From the NCBI GenBank assembly GCA_002189035.1, contig NEEC01000012.1, forward strand, positions 1,364,001 to 1,428,000: a DNA stretch of 64,000 bases, given 5' to 3'. A program made the translations under genes and the position numbers. The stretch comes from Utricularia gibba. Its lineage: Eukaryota; Plantae; Magnoliophyta. Below the pieces are notes generated by a model. That model did not search any database and had not been told where the DNA came from. It worked only from the letters and a program-made list of their open reading frames with translations. Of the stretch, positions 23,601 through 37,300 are shown piece by piece. The first letter of the stretch is position 1. Each line of letters begins with the position of its first letter.

Positions 23601-25269
23601 TTGAGAGAATGGGTCGTGTAGCTTAGCGCAATTACCATGTCTATTTACATTAAAAACATTTGAAGGACCTTCGATGAAATATTTACAGTTTCCCATTTAA
23701 TTACAAGGGAAAAGAATATAAGTGTTTGGATTTGATAAAATGGGGTCTTGGGGATTATTGCAATCCATGAGACTGTTATTTTTTAATTAAAAAATGTTTT
23801 TTAAAAAATAAGCCACCATGTTGATTTACATAAAAGCATTTGTAAGATCTCCAATAAAATCTTTGACATTTTGCACTTAAAAATTATAAGAGAAAAACAA
23901 TAAATCTAATTATTTGGTTTCAGGCACCGTGTTCACCTATGCCCTGCTTGGGGGCCAATGAATTAATAATTTGAAAGAATGGAGTTATGTCGTTTGGTGC
24001 AATCCATGAAGCTAATAAACGTAAACAGAACCTTAGATGTTCATCACAGCATACAGATCATTCCCATTCTCAAAGCATTAAAAAAGGTAAACAACATGAA
24101 GCTAATAAAAACACCAACATATCCAATGGAGTTTTAACTTGAGTTGTGAACTAGCTTCTAAAGGAACTATGAATGCCAAAGAAGATCAAAGACTTGCTAA
24201 ATGATCCTTCAGCCATAAAGTACGGCCTGCATTACATGTGAGACACAAAAATAATTGACGATAAACTGATTTTGTGAACAATGAAGAGCAACACACTACA
24301 AAAAATCTCTCTGGATACCATCCATTGATTCCAAAAACTGAACTTCTTCTTCAAATTAATATGGTAAACATTAGAATCAGCAATTTGCCATATGAATTTG
24401 GCAAGTAAATAACTGTTTCTGAAGCATACTTTTTTTCTTTTTCGAAGATGTGAACGGTGTTGTTATCCTTCTTCAAATGAATGGAGCCTTGCTTCATTGG
24501 AGGAGTACAAAAACCATTAAGGCAAGGTAGTAATTTGGCATTCAAACCTATTTCTTCACAGATTTCTACATTTGAATCCTTAATTTCACGTGGTAGAATT
24601 CTTATACTTGAGTGAATCTACTCAATGGTATGCAATATGTCATCAATTAGTTGCTCTTGCAATTCCTTTTAAGGTTGGGGTCCTTCACAAATCTATTTGG
24701 CATCATGATTTTTCTGAAATATCACATCAGAAAATTGTTAAAAAGCAATTATGCTGCTAAGAATTTCAGATTCATATGAGCATGTTTCAAAGAGAAAAAA
24801 AATAAATCCCTCTTGATTACCTAAGATTTTAGACTGCCTATGTTTCAATTTACCCTTAAAGCCTTACTAAAAATAAATAATTTAATGAGATCACAAGCGG
24901 CATAATTATATTTTACAGCTGAATTCCCCAACCTGCTACTTAAGTTGATAGCCTACCATATAAAAAATGCACATCAAGTAATCCTTTACTTCAACTGAAT
25001 GAAACATGCCATGGATAGAATATTTCATGGAAAACACAACTCACAACAAACTTTAAAGAAAAATAGAGTTCATTTTCATCTTCTTCCTCCATTTGAAAAT
25101 AGAACTTGAAAACATTTTCAAAAATAGAATATCGAAACCTCAAATTGTACCTTCAAATATAAAATATGACATTATTTACTGTTCTTTCCACCCACTACTC
25201 ATCATCTGACTCGGATTATATTTTTGATTGAAGTTCATCCTATTCTGTAATCAAGTCCAATGCATCTAG

Positions 25270-25460
25270 AAACCATGTATATCATGCCATTTATTCTTAG
25301 TTGTTTCATTGTTGATGTAGTTTCATATATCTAATTCAACTTCTCTAAAATGTTTTGCCAACCAAATTTCTTAAAAGATGCTGTGAGTCTATTACCACCA
25401 ACAAATTCTTCTAGACATATTTGCAAGAATATTAGAAGATGTCAAGTTATCTTTTTGTAT
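25270..25460 (-). mobile_element. Harbinger Myb/SANT-like ORF remnant
   Basis: Minus strand reads like FKKFGWQNILEKLN..TMKQLRIN(W), compared with the typical GW.NI..KFN....KQLKNKW. Confidence 0.5.
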
Positions 25461-28400
25461 TGTAGGCCACACGGGGATCCCAATGTGGCTTTAGTTTATT
25501 ATTTTCCTTTATCCATTCATGTATACGACTAAAATGAAAGAAAAAAACAACGTTGGTTAAAAATCAGAATAATAGAAGTAGAAAGCCGAATACTTTGGAT
25601 TCAATTCATCACTATAATTTTGAGGCATAATGCTAAATGCAGAAAGCAGAATGCTTTCTTTTGGTGTTTGAATGTTTAGGTTTTATGAGAAATAGAGTTG
25701 ATGCATATCTTAGAAGAGGAAAACAACCCACATTACCTTGTCTATTACACGTGCAAAACTTGAAACAACCAAATTTCGCATTAATATGATACCAACGTGA
25801 ATCAAAGTTGTGTCGGGTCTGCATGTACCAAGCCCGCTAAGTGCTGGGCCATGCAATTTATACGTGTCAGGAGAACATTTTTTGGACAGGGGTAAAATTG
25901 GACGTATAGCTCCTATTATGAAGCTGAAATAAGAAAGAGAATGAAAGAAGAACGTGTGACATAGGAGAGAATGAATTCTACGGGGAGCTCTAGCAAAGAG
26001 CTGGAACAGATTGAGGATCGACACTTTGAGAAAGGTGCTTGAGATGGAAACCTTAGAAGCAAACAAGCAATTGTCTGAGAACTGAGTGTTCATACTATGC
26101 ACCAATTGGAAAAATGAGCATTTTGACGGAAAATAAGTAAATAGGAATGATGATGAAGGAAACCTCTCTACGAAGGATTTGTTTTAAGAAGAAGACCAAG
26201 CAAAATATTTCCATACTTTTATTTACTGTTCTCATTATTCAGACATGCCCTCTGCAATCGTTTATTTCAGTGCATTTGATCTTCCCGGTTGTCCTTGTTT
26301 ACTGGCCTTGAATCATAACATGTTTGCTTAAATAAAAATGCTTACCAAATACAAGTGATATCGCTTAATAATATCTCTAGTTTTCTTAGAGAACTTTTTT
26401 TTTTATGTACATAAGCACCTACAAACATTTTGTCAAACCCTATTTAATTTAGTTTATGCATAAAAATTTGCAATTGAAAACGCATTACTTTTATGGATCG
26501 ACCTAATTTTTTTTATTACTATATTTATTTTTTTGTAGAATATTTGTGACATACTTGTTCAATTTATAAATAATTTGATGGGGAAAAATTTCTTTACGCA
26601 TGACACGTGGAGAGAATTTCATCCATCAGGCATCCTATGAATTTTTTAAATGATGCATCGAGGAGAAAAGTAATTTGCAAAAATCATTTGAGACGTAATT
26701 TTGGAATGACTTACATAGATCTAATGACTTCTTACTAGATTTTCTTAAGTGAATTGAGAAACTTATGGACATGAATATAAATTCATGTATTGTTTCTAGC
26801 AAGAAGTCAAAATGAGAAGGGAGAATGTTTCAATTGCATTCCAAAGGGAGAAGAATGTATGGAGAAGAAGAAAGAAATTTTAAGAAGAGGAAAAAGAAGA
26901 AGTATGTATTACTATGATCACTTGCATTACCCAAAAAAGTGTGGAACATCCACTTAAATTAGTTGGTGCATTCTCACCAGGGTGAAATCCATCTTGTTAG
27001 AATCAAACTAAGTAAGAATGAATATATTTTAGGTAATGTAATTAAAATGCCAATTAGTATTCCACATACTTGACTACTTTTGTTTATGTGGAAAAGCTTC
27101 GCAATGAATGTGTATGGAAAAAAAAAAAACTCCAACATCCTAAGAACTGTCACATATAATGAGGAAATTAGTAACTTTATATATATTACAGTTTAGTGAA
27201 ATATTTTTCTGGATTTAAGTGAGATTTTGTCACATTAAGTGTGCCAAAGAGTTAAAAAAGCAGAAAAAAAAAGAGATAATGACTTAGTAACCCCAAAAAC
27301 CATGTCAACTTGGTTTTCTACATTCAATGGCAACGAACTACTTTTTTTCGATGAAATAAATTCGCAACTCTCCAAGTACTAGTTATAAGGTCAGGGACTT
27401 GTGACAGTATATCACACAGGTTACAAACCGGGGGAGGAAACATACTTAAATAGAAGGGTCTTTTTAATTTTGCACGAGGTATTTTTCTCTAAAAAAGAGA
27501 ATGTAAAAGTATGAAAGAATGCACGAAGTATTTTGCACAAGGGTAGATCGTCTATGACTTTTTACCTTTCTTGGGTCCTTGCATGCTTCAGAAAAACTGT
27601 TGAGCCCATGAACTGTGTCAAGATTTGCTATGAGCACAATGTGTGAAGAATTGATGGCTGGTAGTGTCAAGCTAAGATTCACATCATAGTGTTTGAGCCA
27701 AATTTGAGGGCGTCATTCTCGTCTTGCTATCCGATTATTGAATGATGTCATGACTTCCATTACCAATAGAGTCATTGATGGTTGTAGTGGTGTAGGTTGA
27801 TCCATCACTAGGTGAAGAAGAGTTGTCAGAACAAGAATGATATAAAGAAGCATGACTAAAGGGATCAACACCATTGGTAATACTGAGACTTATAAGGTTT
27901 GCAGAATGGATCGATAGAGAGTGATCCGAAAAGTAGGAAATGAATGAAATACCTTATTTTTTAAAAAACATTTTCATATTATCCTAGTTTTCAAATTTAT
28001 TATTATTTTATCTGAGTTTTTAAATATGATTGATAATATACTTTATCTTTTGTAATTGCATTTATATTACATCAATTAAAAGATTAAATGAGTAAATACC
28101 TCAAATTTTTTCATTTAATTTTTTATTTATATTAACTTTATAAAAACTTTGTAATATTAAAAAAAATAGAGTTATTTTTTTTCATTCTATATTATCTTTA
28201 TGAGTTTTTTATATATTTTAGGTTTAGTAAATTTATTATATGCATTTTTTTGATACATTAATATTATTAAAAACATACTTTATTTTCAGAATTTAAGATT
28301 TCAATTGAAGGTTTAGGATTCGAAATTTCAAAGTTGAAATTTGGATTAATGCGTTTAGAGTTTTGGATTTATACTTTAGAGTTTAGGATTTAAAAAATTA

Positions 28401-31242
28401 TGATTTAAGCTATTTAAATTTAGAATTTAGAATTTAATTTTGTGATTTAAAATTTAGAGATTAAAATAAAGATAAATTTCTAATATAAATGAATACTAAA
28501 GGTAAATTATTAATAAAAATGTAAACAAAGCTAAAATACAAAGAAAAAGAATAACTAAGGTAAATTGTCAATAAAAAATTTCAAAAAATTAAATAACAAA
28601 TAAATTAAAGAGTGAGAGGTACATCAGTAATAAATGTATTCTCACATTGATATTTTGCAAAATATCATTGCTGGTAACATGTCCACATTTACTATCAATG
28701 TTCAAAATATTGCCGAGATCCATGCGAATATTGAAAAGGAAAAAAAAACCTTCATTAAAAGACAACGAAAAATATAGATGGAATTGTGAGAAGAGAGAAC
28801 TTGTCCTTATTTGGATTTATATCTACAATATAAGTTAAATAATCGAAAATTCACAAGTGAGAGATGTTTGGTGTCTCGTTAAATAGTAATTCATATAGAG
28901 TTTTCATATGTAAAACTGAAGATGAAAGATGGTCGATTGAATAGACAGCCACAAGTATTGTGTCTCCCCAAAAAACCTTGGGCATGCCGATGTACAGGAG
29001 AATAGATCGAACAATTTCAACTAGTTGTCTATGCTTTCTTTCGACACTTTTATTTTGCTGAGCAAAAAAGTGGTTGCAAGTTCGATGATGATATAACCTC
29101 TTTTTCAAAAAAGACTCTCACAAGAGTCATTGACAATGTCATAACCATTCTCCAACTTGGTGTTCTGCACTTTGGAATCAAATTGAGTTTCCGTCATATT
29201 CAAAAAAAATCAATAATATTGTCAAGAACAAGTGTTAGAAAATAACATCTGCCACTTTGGGAGGGTGTACAGTAGTGCCCCATAAATCAATCTGAAGTAA
29301 TTCAATGGTGGAAAAAAAAAATGGTATTGGAAAAAGTATGGGTATCTCATATTGTTATTTAAATGATTTTCAACTATTTTATATGAAATATCCAACTTTG
29401 ATGGATTTGAAAGGAAGTTGAGGCTCACACATATGCAAGGTTTAACTTTTTACATTGAGTTGAGTTTTCGAAAAATTTTGAAATTTAAAAAATAGAACAG
29501 TGTTTTTTATGTTTGAGGTTTTGATTTTTTCTCATTCTTGATATTCGATTTACAACATTCAAATGTATTTGAACATCACTTTCGGTTCTTAACAAATGGT
29601 GACAAAGAGAATCATAATAGCCAACATTCTTAGGAAAAATAATATTTTTCAGAAAAGGAATGGAGGCACATCCAAAGCGATGATGCCAAATACATAAATT
29701 CTCCTAATTGCTGGACTTTTAAGTCATAAATGAAAAAGCACAACTTCTCACTTCATCATGTAAGTGATATAGACCATAATGAACATATCACCTTGCCACG
29801 ATTCGATTACTTTGTCAGTCCTAAAAAAAAAACACCCATCATAAAAACAGTTCTTAGATTATTCTGTCTAGCGATTTGATAGACTAAAATAAATTTAAAA
29901 GAAATGGTGATCAGACTTAGATGACCTCAAATTTTGAAGAGACATCATTGATCCACACATATGAGATGTTGCTCCAGAGTACAAAATCCAATCTCCCTTG
30001 CTAATATAACATGAATTAAGACTTGTACATGCAAATTCCTTATCGTCATGGCCAGTGTTTCATGTCTCTAATTCACGTTTACCTACTTTCTCTTGATACT
30101 AAGACTACAAATTATGTACAAGAGCAATAAACTCAGGAGGCAGAAAATCAGTAGAGCTGCTAATTGTCACAATTGGTTAATCAACCATATTTATGGACTG
30201 TCTCTTCAAATGATTTGGTTTCCCATGAAGTTTGTATCAATTGTCCCGTCTCGTGTGTGGTGCCACTTACGACAATAGCTACAATGATGCTTCTCCACTA
30301 ACGCATCAGGCCAATCAAAAGAACCATGTTGTTGGCGACCAATAGTGTGTTTTTTTGACAAGAAAGAATTGGGAAACCGAAACTTGAACCTTCTCCAATA
30401 GGAGTTAGAATACATTAGTGTTCACAAGAGAGTACTAGGTGATAAGCTTCATCAAGAGGTAGTTGTGACGCAATGGCCTGATTTTTTAAAGAATTGTAAG
30501 ACTCATTTAGCCCAAACAAGAATTGATGTAGCCTACTTGAGTCCTCCTCACTTTCTTTCAATTGTTTGCCTGAATCCCCCAAAACAATGGGCGATGGCCG
30601 AAGAGAGTCCAAATGATTCGAAATCTTATTTTCATCTTCTTGGGTGGTAGTTTGTAGTTTGTAGTTCCCCATAACTCTCATGCATTTGTTGCATCAACAA
30701 ACACCCGTGAAATATTCTTCTCCATCAAGTTCAAAATGAAAGACATGACTTCATAATCCTGCCATTCTCGAAAAATTCATTGGATTTATTCCATTTTTGG
30801 AGCATAATTGTTGACTCCTTTACATCTACTGCTCCCTCAATTGGCTTAGGAGGTCAGCATGGTGGGTTTTCCAACCCATCAATGTGAGGAAAGCAATATC
30901 GCCCTCCCAAGGCTATCTTCATCACCTTTGACCACATCATGCAGTTGCGGCCATCAAAACAATTCACAATATGCAATGAATTTCCAGTAGCATCAATGAG
31001 AGCCACCAAAAAGAAATTGAAAACAAGGTTGGAAAAAAGTGAATTACTACTTTGATACCATATACAGAAACGGGTGTCATATCTCCTTTGAAAGAAAAAT
31101 CCGGTACATACATGAAAAATGTCTAAAATCAATCTAGCACATTGTCTATCATCAAATTTTGTGCACTGAACAAAAGGATTCCTAACAATAATGAAAAATA
31201 TTTCAACGGTTACCCTCCTTCTTGGGTGGAGGCCAACCTTAA

Positions 31243-33535
31243 GTGTGCGTTTGGTTGGATGGAAATGTATTAATTGGGTTTAGATAATATGGGTATAGAT
31301 GGGTTAAGTTAAAATGTTGTTTGGTTAATGTATTAATATTAACCCATCCAATTTGTTTGGTTAGATGGTATTGATATTTGGGTATTAGTTATTTTATATT
31401 TAAATTACCAAAATAACCTTATGAATTAAATAAATAATTAACCATTATTTTTACTTTGACTATATAAAATTGAGAAGTCTAGGGTTTGCCCCTAATTGGA
31501 AATTGGCTATCAGGTAAGATTCAGTATAAATTCTTCCAAACCAATTTTCAATATTGATGATTCGATGAGTGATTTGATGCGTGACTTGATGTGTGATTTA
31601 ATGTATGTACTTGAGTATTCATCATTGCAATGTATGTATGATTTCCATCCGTGATTTGATGTGTGGATGAGTGAATGATGTATTCATGATGTAGTTGAGA
31701 ATGATGATTCATAATTGTAACATGGTGATTTGATGGATGATTCATCATTGTAACATGTATTGATATATTGTTACAACTAGGAGAACAAGTCACGGTCATC
31801 ATTGTGAGGTATGCATGTATGCACTTCATTTTGAATAGTTTAAATAATCATTATTTATTTGTGAATATTTGTTTTATAGGTATTACACAAGTTGTATGCA
31901 TGTATGCACTTCATTTTGAATAGTTTAAATAATCATTATGTATTTGTGAATATTTGTTTTATAGGTATTACACAAGTTGTATGCATGTATGCACTTCATT
32001 TTGAATAGTTTAAATAATCATTATGTATTTGTGAATATTTGTTTTATAGGTATTACACAAGTTGTATGCATGTATGCACTTCATTTTGAATAGTTTAAAT
32101 AATCATTATGTATTTGTGAATATTTGTTTTATAGGTATTACACAAGTTGTGACCCATGGACTCTAATATAATGAATAAGAAAAGCGTCAATGGAGTCCAC
32201 AAGAGGAAAAACAATTGGTGATAGCATTGAAAACAATCATTGAAGAGGAATAAAAAGCTGAAAATGGTTTTCAAGCAAGATATCATGGAGTCATTGAAGT
32301 TCATTTATTGAAATTACTACCAGGAATATTGGATAGAAAAGGTATGTTATTAACTAATTTGCATGCTGATTATTTATACATATCATTATATCATTTGCAT
32401 ATTTATTTATGGCAGTCATATCCAAAGTCAAATTGGGTGAGGAGCAAGACTTGGCCCCTATTTAATGTTTGGTCTGAAATTTTTGGAAGAAATGATGCTT
32501 TCACCACAGCTACAAAAGACTCTACTACATTTTTTGATGACATGGCATCACCAGATGTCAATTCTCAAAGTAAAAGCAACAGGAAAAGAGAAAGGTTGAC
32601 AAGAAACTCAGATTTTATGGTGGAGTTAAAAGATTTTGCTGAGAGAACAACTATTGCCACTAAAGCAGCTGCCTCTAAATTGGGAGGTGCTGAATTAGTA
32701 GTGCAAAAACAGCAACATGAAATTAATTGATGCATTCGAAGTATGCCTATTCAGATCTTAGTTTCTCAATTAACCAAAATTTGTGAGAACATTTTCACAT
32801 ATCCAGGCAAAATGTAGGTATTCCTCACTTTGGATGATAAAGCTTGTGTAGAAATGATTCAAGACCTTTACTATGAATTATTTGATGGATGTTAAAGCAT
32901 TGCATGTGAGTTGTAATCACTCTTGAGCACTCTTCTTTTATTCAAACATGCAAACTTAAACTATTTTGATGCTTGTTCATGGAAAGAACTTTTGATTATA
33001 AGTATTCATGTCATTTTTCAGTAGTCAATGTCATAATGAAATTTGTAATCATTGTCTGTGAAATAATATCAAAAACATCATCTTCATATTTAAATTCTCA
33101 CATATGAATTTCACATATTGTTTGCAATATCATCCCTCCAATTTGTCCATGCTTGTGATGATTCAATCTTGGAAATAAATAGATCCTCATAATCATTTTC
33201 TTCATGAGTTTCACTGCTGTTGTAATTCCATGGGATTTCTACTTCTATTGGGTCATACATCATTTGCATTTGTATGAAGTAATGCAGCAAAATACATATC
33301 AAAATGATGTGATTTTGAGTTTTAATGGGGTAGAGTAAGGATCTCGTAAAATACCCCAACATATTTTCAATACATCCCAAGCTCACTCAATAACATTTCG
33401 GGCTTTTGCATGTCTCGTATTAAATAATTCTTTGGCATTTTGAGGGTTATATTAAAAATATAATAATATACCAAACAAGGGTATCTTTTATTAACTCACC
33501 TATACCCACTCTGAAACTAACAACCAAGCGCACCC
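31243..33535. mobile_element. PIF/Harbinger DNA transposon, internally deleted and non-autonomous
   Basis: TIRs GTGTGCGTTTGGTTG and (rc) GGGTGCGCTTGGTTG match at 13/15; TAA TSDs at 31240-31242 and 33536-33538. A Myb/SANT ORF remnant lies on + (KRQWSPQEEKQLV..AENGFQ..TWPLFNVWSEIFG). The C-terminal end of the DDE transposase lies on - (IENMLG..SLLYPIKTQNHIILICILLHYFI..WTNWRDDIANNM). Confidence 0.93.
31809..32148 (+). repeat. 4 x 85-bp near-perfect tandem repeat
   Basis: Units start at 31809, 31894, 31979 and 32064; I see a single substitution, in copy 1. Confidence 0.97.
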
Positions 33536-34315
33536 TAAATGTGTCTCATTCTCATGTGACCTTGTCCTTTGTCTCATTGGGTTTGACCCTCTGAAGGGGA
33601 CAGGTTGTGGGGCTGGGGCTTTCATCCAGATGAACTTCTTTGGACATGCGCTCATCTCGTTGTTCCTTAGTGATGATGATTCTTAATTGCATCAACAATA
33701 ATATTTTTCTTTTTCTTTCAAGTTTTATCATTGTATTTACAATTTAATACAATGGGTATTAATATATTTATCACATAAAGTATTACTTAAAATCCAATAT
33801 TTTAACTATACATTTAATAATAGGTAGTTGACGTCATAGGCCATTACTATTTATCAAAACAATGTGTTTAATTTTTACTATTTAATGAAAATGGCATATT
33901 TATCTTTATTGATATTATTGACTTTTATTGTTTGACATGTTTAGTCTTTAAAATATGCAAAAGTTGGTTCCTAATGCTTTTTAATTCAAACATTTTTTTT
34001 TTTGTTTTTATTGTTTGAATAGTTGATTATAACTGTCTAAAAATCAGACAACTTTTATCCTTATTATTTTATAAAATTTGTAGTTCACCACCCCTGCTGC
34101 TTGATACCGTTGATTGCCACGAAAACGGCACTTGACCTACCTATTTGCATGCGGTCAAAGCGGTCTGTGGTGGCGAAGCTTGTGACAATTTTAAAACAAT
34201 GGGAATGTGCTACACATATTTTTAAAATAATGGAGATTTACAATAATTTTTTGAAAGAGGAATAACCAAATTAAATATATATTTTCAAAGATGTAATATA
34301 TTTTTATCTTAAAAC

Positions 34316-37300
34316 TGTTATTTCACTCAACAAGCCTAATGCACTTGACAAACTCAAATACAAATACTCAAACTCCAGGACAGAATGTTTCAGAAGAAAG
34401 CCCAATTAACAAATCGGGCAAATTGCAAAAGGAAGAAAAAGTGGAAAAGGCTATGATAGAAATGGTTGGAAAAAGTAATAACAATTTTGCATTGAGCATT
34501 GGGAAAGTTCTCATCCCACACATGTATAAATAGATATTGATGTAACATTTAAACCTATAGAATGAATGAAATCCTTATTTTATCATGGTATTAGAGCACA
34601 AGATAAACTAAGGTCATGAGTTTTGGTGAACACCATAGTGCATTAGAAGAGGAGGACCCAACTTCAAGTGAGCATTCAAGTTACTCCACCACTCATCAAC
34701 TTAATTCAAAAATAATTACAAGCATAGTGAAGCTTCACAACTTAGATAATTTGACTCAACCTCTCGTCTCCACTCTGGTTACACCTAAGTACGAGAGTGT
34801 CTGGTGCAAGACAATACAAATAGCCCTTTGAGCCAAGAAAAAGATGGCATTGATTGATGGATGACTACCAATGTTAGAGGAATTCTATCCTAATCTATGA
34901 TGATTGGCTCAAAGCTGAATTCATTGCGTTAGCCTAGTTAATAAGCTCCATATTTCCAGAGTTGCATGCATCGTTCACTAACTGTGAAACCTCTAGGGAA
35001 TTAGCTTTAGTGCTAGGGAAATTGTTGGTTAGTGATTATTATATGAAAAGAAAAATGTTATGAAAGGATTATACTGTTACATTACTTTCAACTCTTTGCT
35101 CATGTTGAATGCAAATTCCAACGGCTGAAACTCTTAGGAGTATATTTTTCATTTTCCTTATGGGATTAGGCTCTGAGTTTGAAGTCATGCGAAGTCAAAT
35201 TCTTCTCATAAAATAGCAATGATGTCCTTCCTATGGTACTGATTGCAAAGAAGCGAATATAAGGACTGAGTCCATGAGCAAACAAATGCACCATAGTGCT
35301 ATGAGCATGCAAAGCAAAGAAAAAGCTATTTTTGGTCTAAAGAAAAACTGGGTAAAAGTGGGGCCATCTACCTGCCCAAAGATGTCTAGTAAGTGTGCCT
35401 TTTGCCAACTTGAGAGATACATCTAAGACATATGTTTCCTAATTCATGGAATTTAAGATCTCTTCAATGGAATATATGGTGACAATTGGAACAAGGTGTG
35501 GGAAGGTCAACAAAAAAAAATTTGGATTTTAAAGGCTAAGAAATAGACCTGTAACTCCATGTAAAGAAAGGCTAAAGAAGAAGATGATCATTCTATCAGC
35601 CATCTACATATATCAAGTAAAAAAAATTACATTGCTATCTTTTAATCAAACTGTCTGAATAATTGACATAAGGGCAACAATTCAAGCTTGCTTCCAAAAG
35701 GAGATAATAAGTGATTTCAGCGAGTTGAAAAAATTATTTTACCTACCAAATGGGGAGACATGCTTGGTTAAATATGCAAGGAAGATGACTGTAAATGAGG
35801 GTATTGAGATAAAAAAAAGTACTTTACTTTTTAGCAATCAACAAAAATCTTATATTGGTTCCTAGGCTGCTAAGAGAAAATGATATGAACTACTTTTTCA
35901 TTGTTGATAATTATGTTTTTTCAAGACTAAAAGCTCAGGAAAATCAAAGGATGAGGCAAACTTGTGTAGAGATTGTACAAATTAGAAAATTATTCGTTTT
36001 GCATGGTGCAAGCTGATCTTGAGGATCCTCCTTTTATTTTTTCCACTGAACTTTTTTTTTTGTTAATGTTGACATTCCCAAACCCATCTTGTGTCATTTG
36101 CACTTGGGATATGCTTTTAATTAATGTTTTGATACAGTTGCAACTTTTACTATCTTGTGAACACCGTCGCAATAGCAAATAAACAAGATTATAATGTAAT
36201 GTAAGTGAAACTACAACTACATAAATTTTTGAAAAAGTTCATGTGGATGTGTGAGGTACCCACTATCACCAATACACGATCATTCCTTATTGCGGTAGAT
36301 GATATGGGTCGAGTCACTTATACTTGCTTGCTCCAATACAAATCGGAAGCCATAACTGTGATTAGAAACATGGATAACATGATAGAGAGACAGTTTGGAA
36401 ACCAAATCAAAGAGGTGAATTCATCCACAATGATCTCAAAGAGTTTCTTTTTTTTTTCGGAGAAAAGGGTATCTTGCATCACACCTGGATTCATCCTACT
36501 ACATGTTTAGGGCGAATCTAGTTCAGGGATACAGGGTTATAGTGCGGATTCATGTACTCCTTGTATCCCATAATGAATATTTATCAAATATTATGAATAT
36601 TTTTTATATTTAATATCATCATTATCAAAAATCCACATGTCATAAAACCCTAGAACTACAATCTCGCCCACAGTGCCAACGGTGAACACTCAGCCTTGTG
36701 CGGGAGTTTCCAATCCAGCGCTTGACAAGCCACGTGAGCAAAAATTCACTCTTTTGCAAATTGAGCACAGACAAATTCATGAGGGCTTGTGAATCAGTCT
36801 GAAAAAAATTATTTGGCTGGGTGTGGAGAAGGCAATGGCATGTTGCAACCAAAATCACTCAGCAACGGGCAGCCACCATCGTCTACACTTCGGGTAATCG
36901 AAAGTGAGAACTTTTCCCTGTTAATTAGTTGTTACAGCGACAGGACTCTTCATTTTTTGCAAAAGCTGTTAATTTGTGTGATTGGAACTAATATTTTTCT
37001 CATTAGATGGAAAAAAGAGAGATTGATCCAGAGTGTGATGATAGATCATCACAAAATAATCGACCACTTTGGAAATTTGCCACTATTGTAAGGAAGACAA
37101 CTTCAAAAGGTAGAAATAAAGTGGTTCGTTGCAATTATTGCAATGTGGAATTTATAGACTCTTATTTCAGAGTTCGAGCTCATTTAACAAAAACAACTGG
37201 ACAAGACGTGAAGACATGTTAGGCTATTACTACAACACAACTTACTGAAGTGAAAGCATTAGAAGAACAATCTTCTCAAAGAATGGAGAATAATAAATCA

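Larger units (their letters stand above)
27400..33698 (-). mobile_element. Degraded Ty1/copia element with nested insertions
   Basis: The 5' LTR TGTTGATGC.. starts at 33698 and is split by the Harbinger element; PBS-like TGGTATCAAAG at about 31048-31060; gag FDGRNCMMWSKVMKIALGG..IDG; integrase QQNKSVERKHRQLVEIVRSIL; start of RT (NSFSEACKDP) at about 27.5-27.7 kb. Confidence 0.75.

Noticed and set aside
24000-24800. Possible hAT transposase remnant
   Set aside because: No motif could be read with confidence.
28300-28460. Interstitial telomeric repeat
   Set aside because: Only loose TTTAGA/TTTAGG heptamers with no TTTAGGG run; typical of AT-rich MITE interiors.
31548-31829. His/Met-rich 93-aa ORF as a metal-binding peptide
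   Set aside because: It is the antisense reading of GAT/TGA-rich low-complexity sequence inside a transposon.
31809-32148. CRISPR-like array
   Set aside because: Units are contiguous 85-bp copies with identical rather than unique spacers, there are no cas genes, and the context is a eukaryotic transposon.
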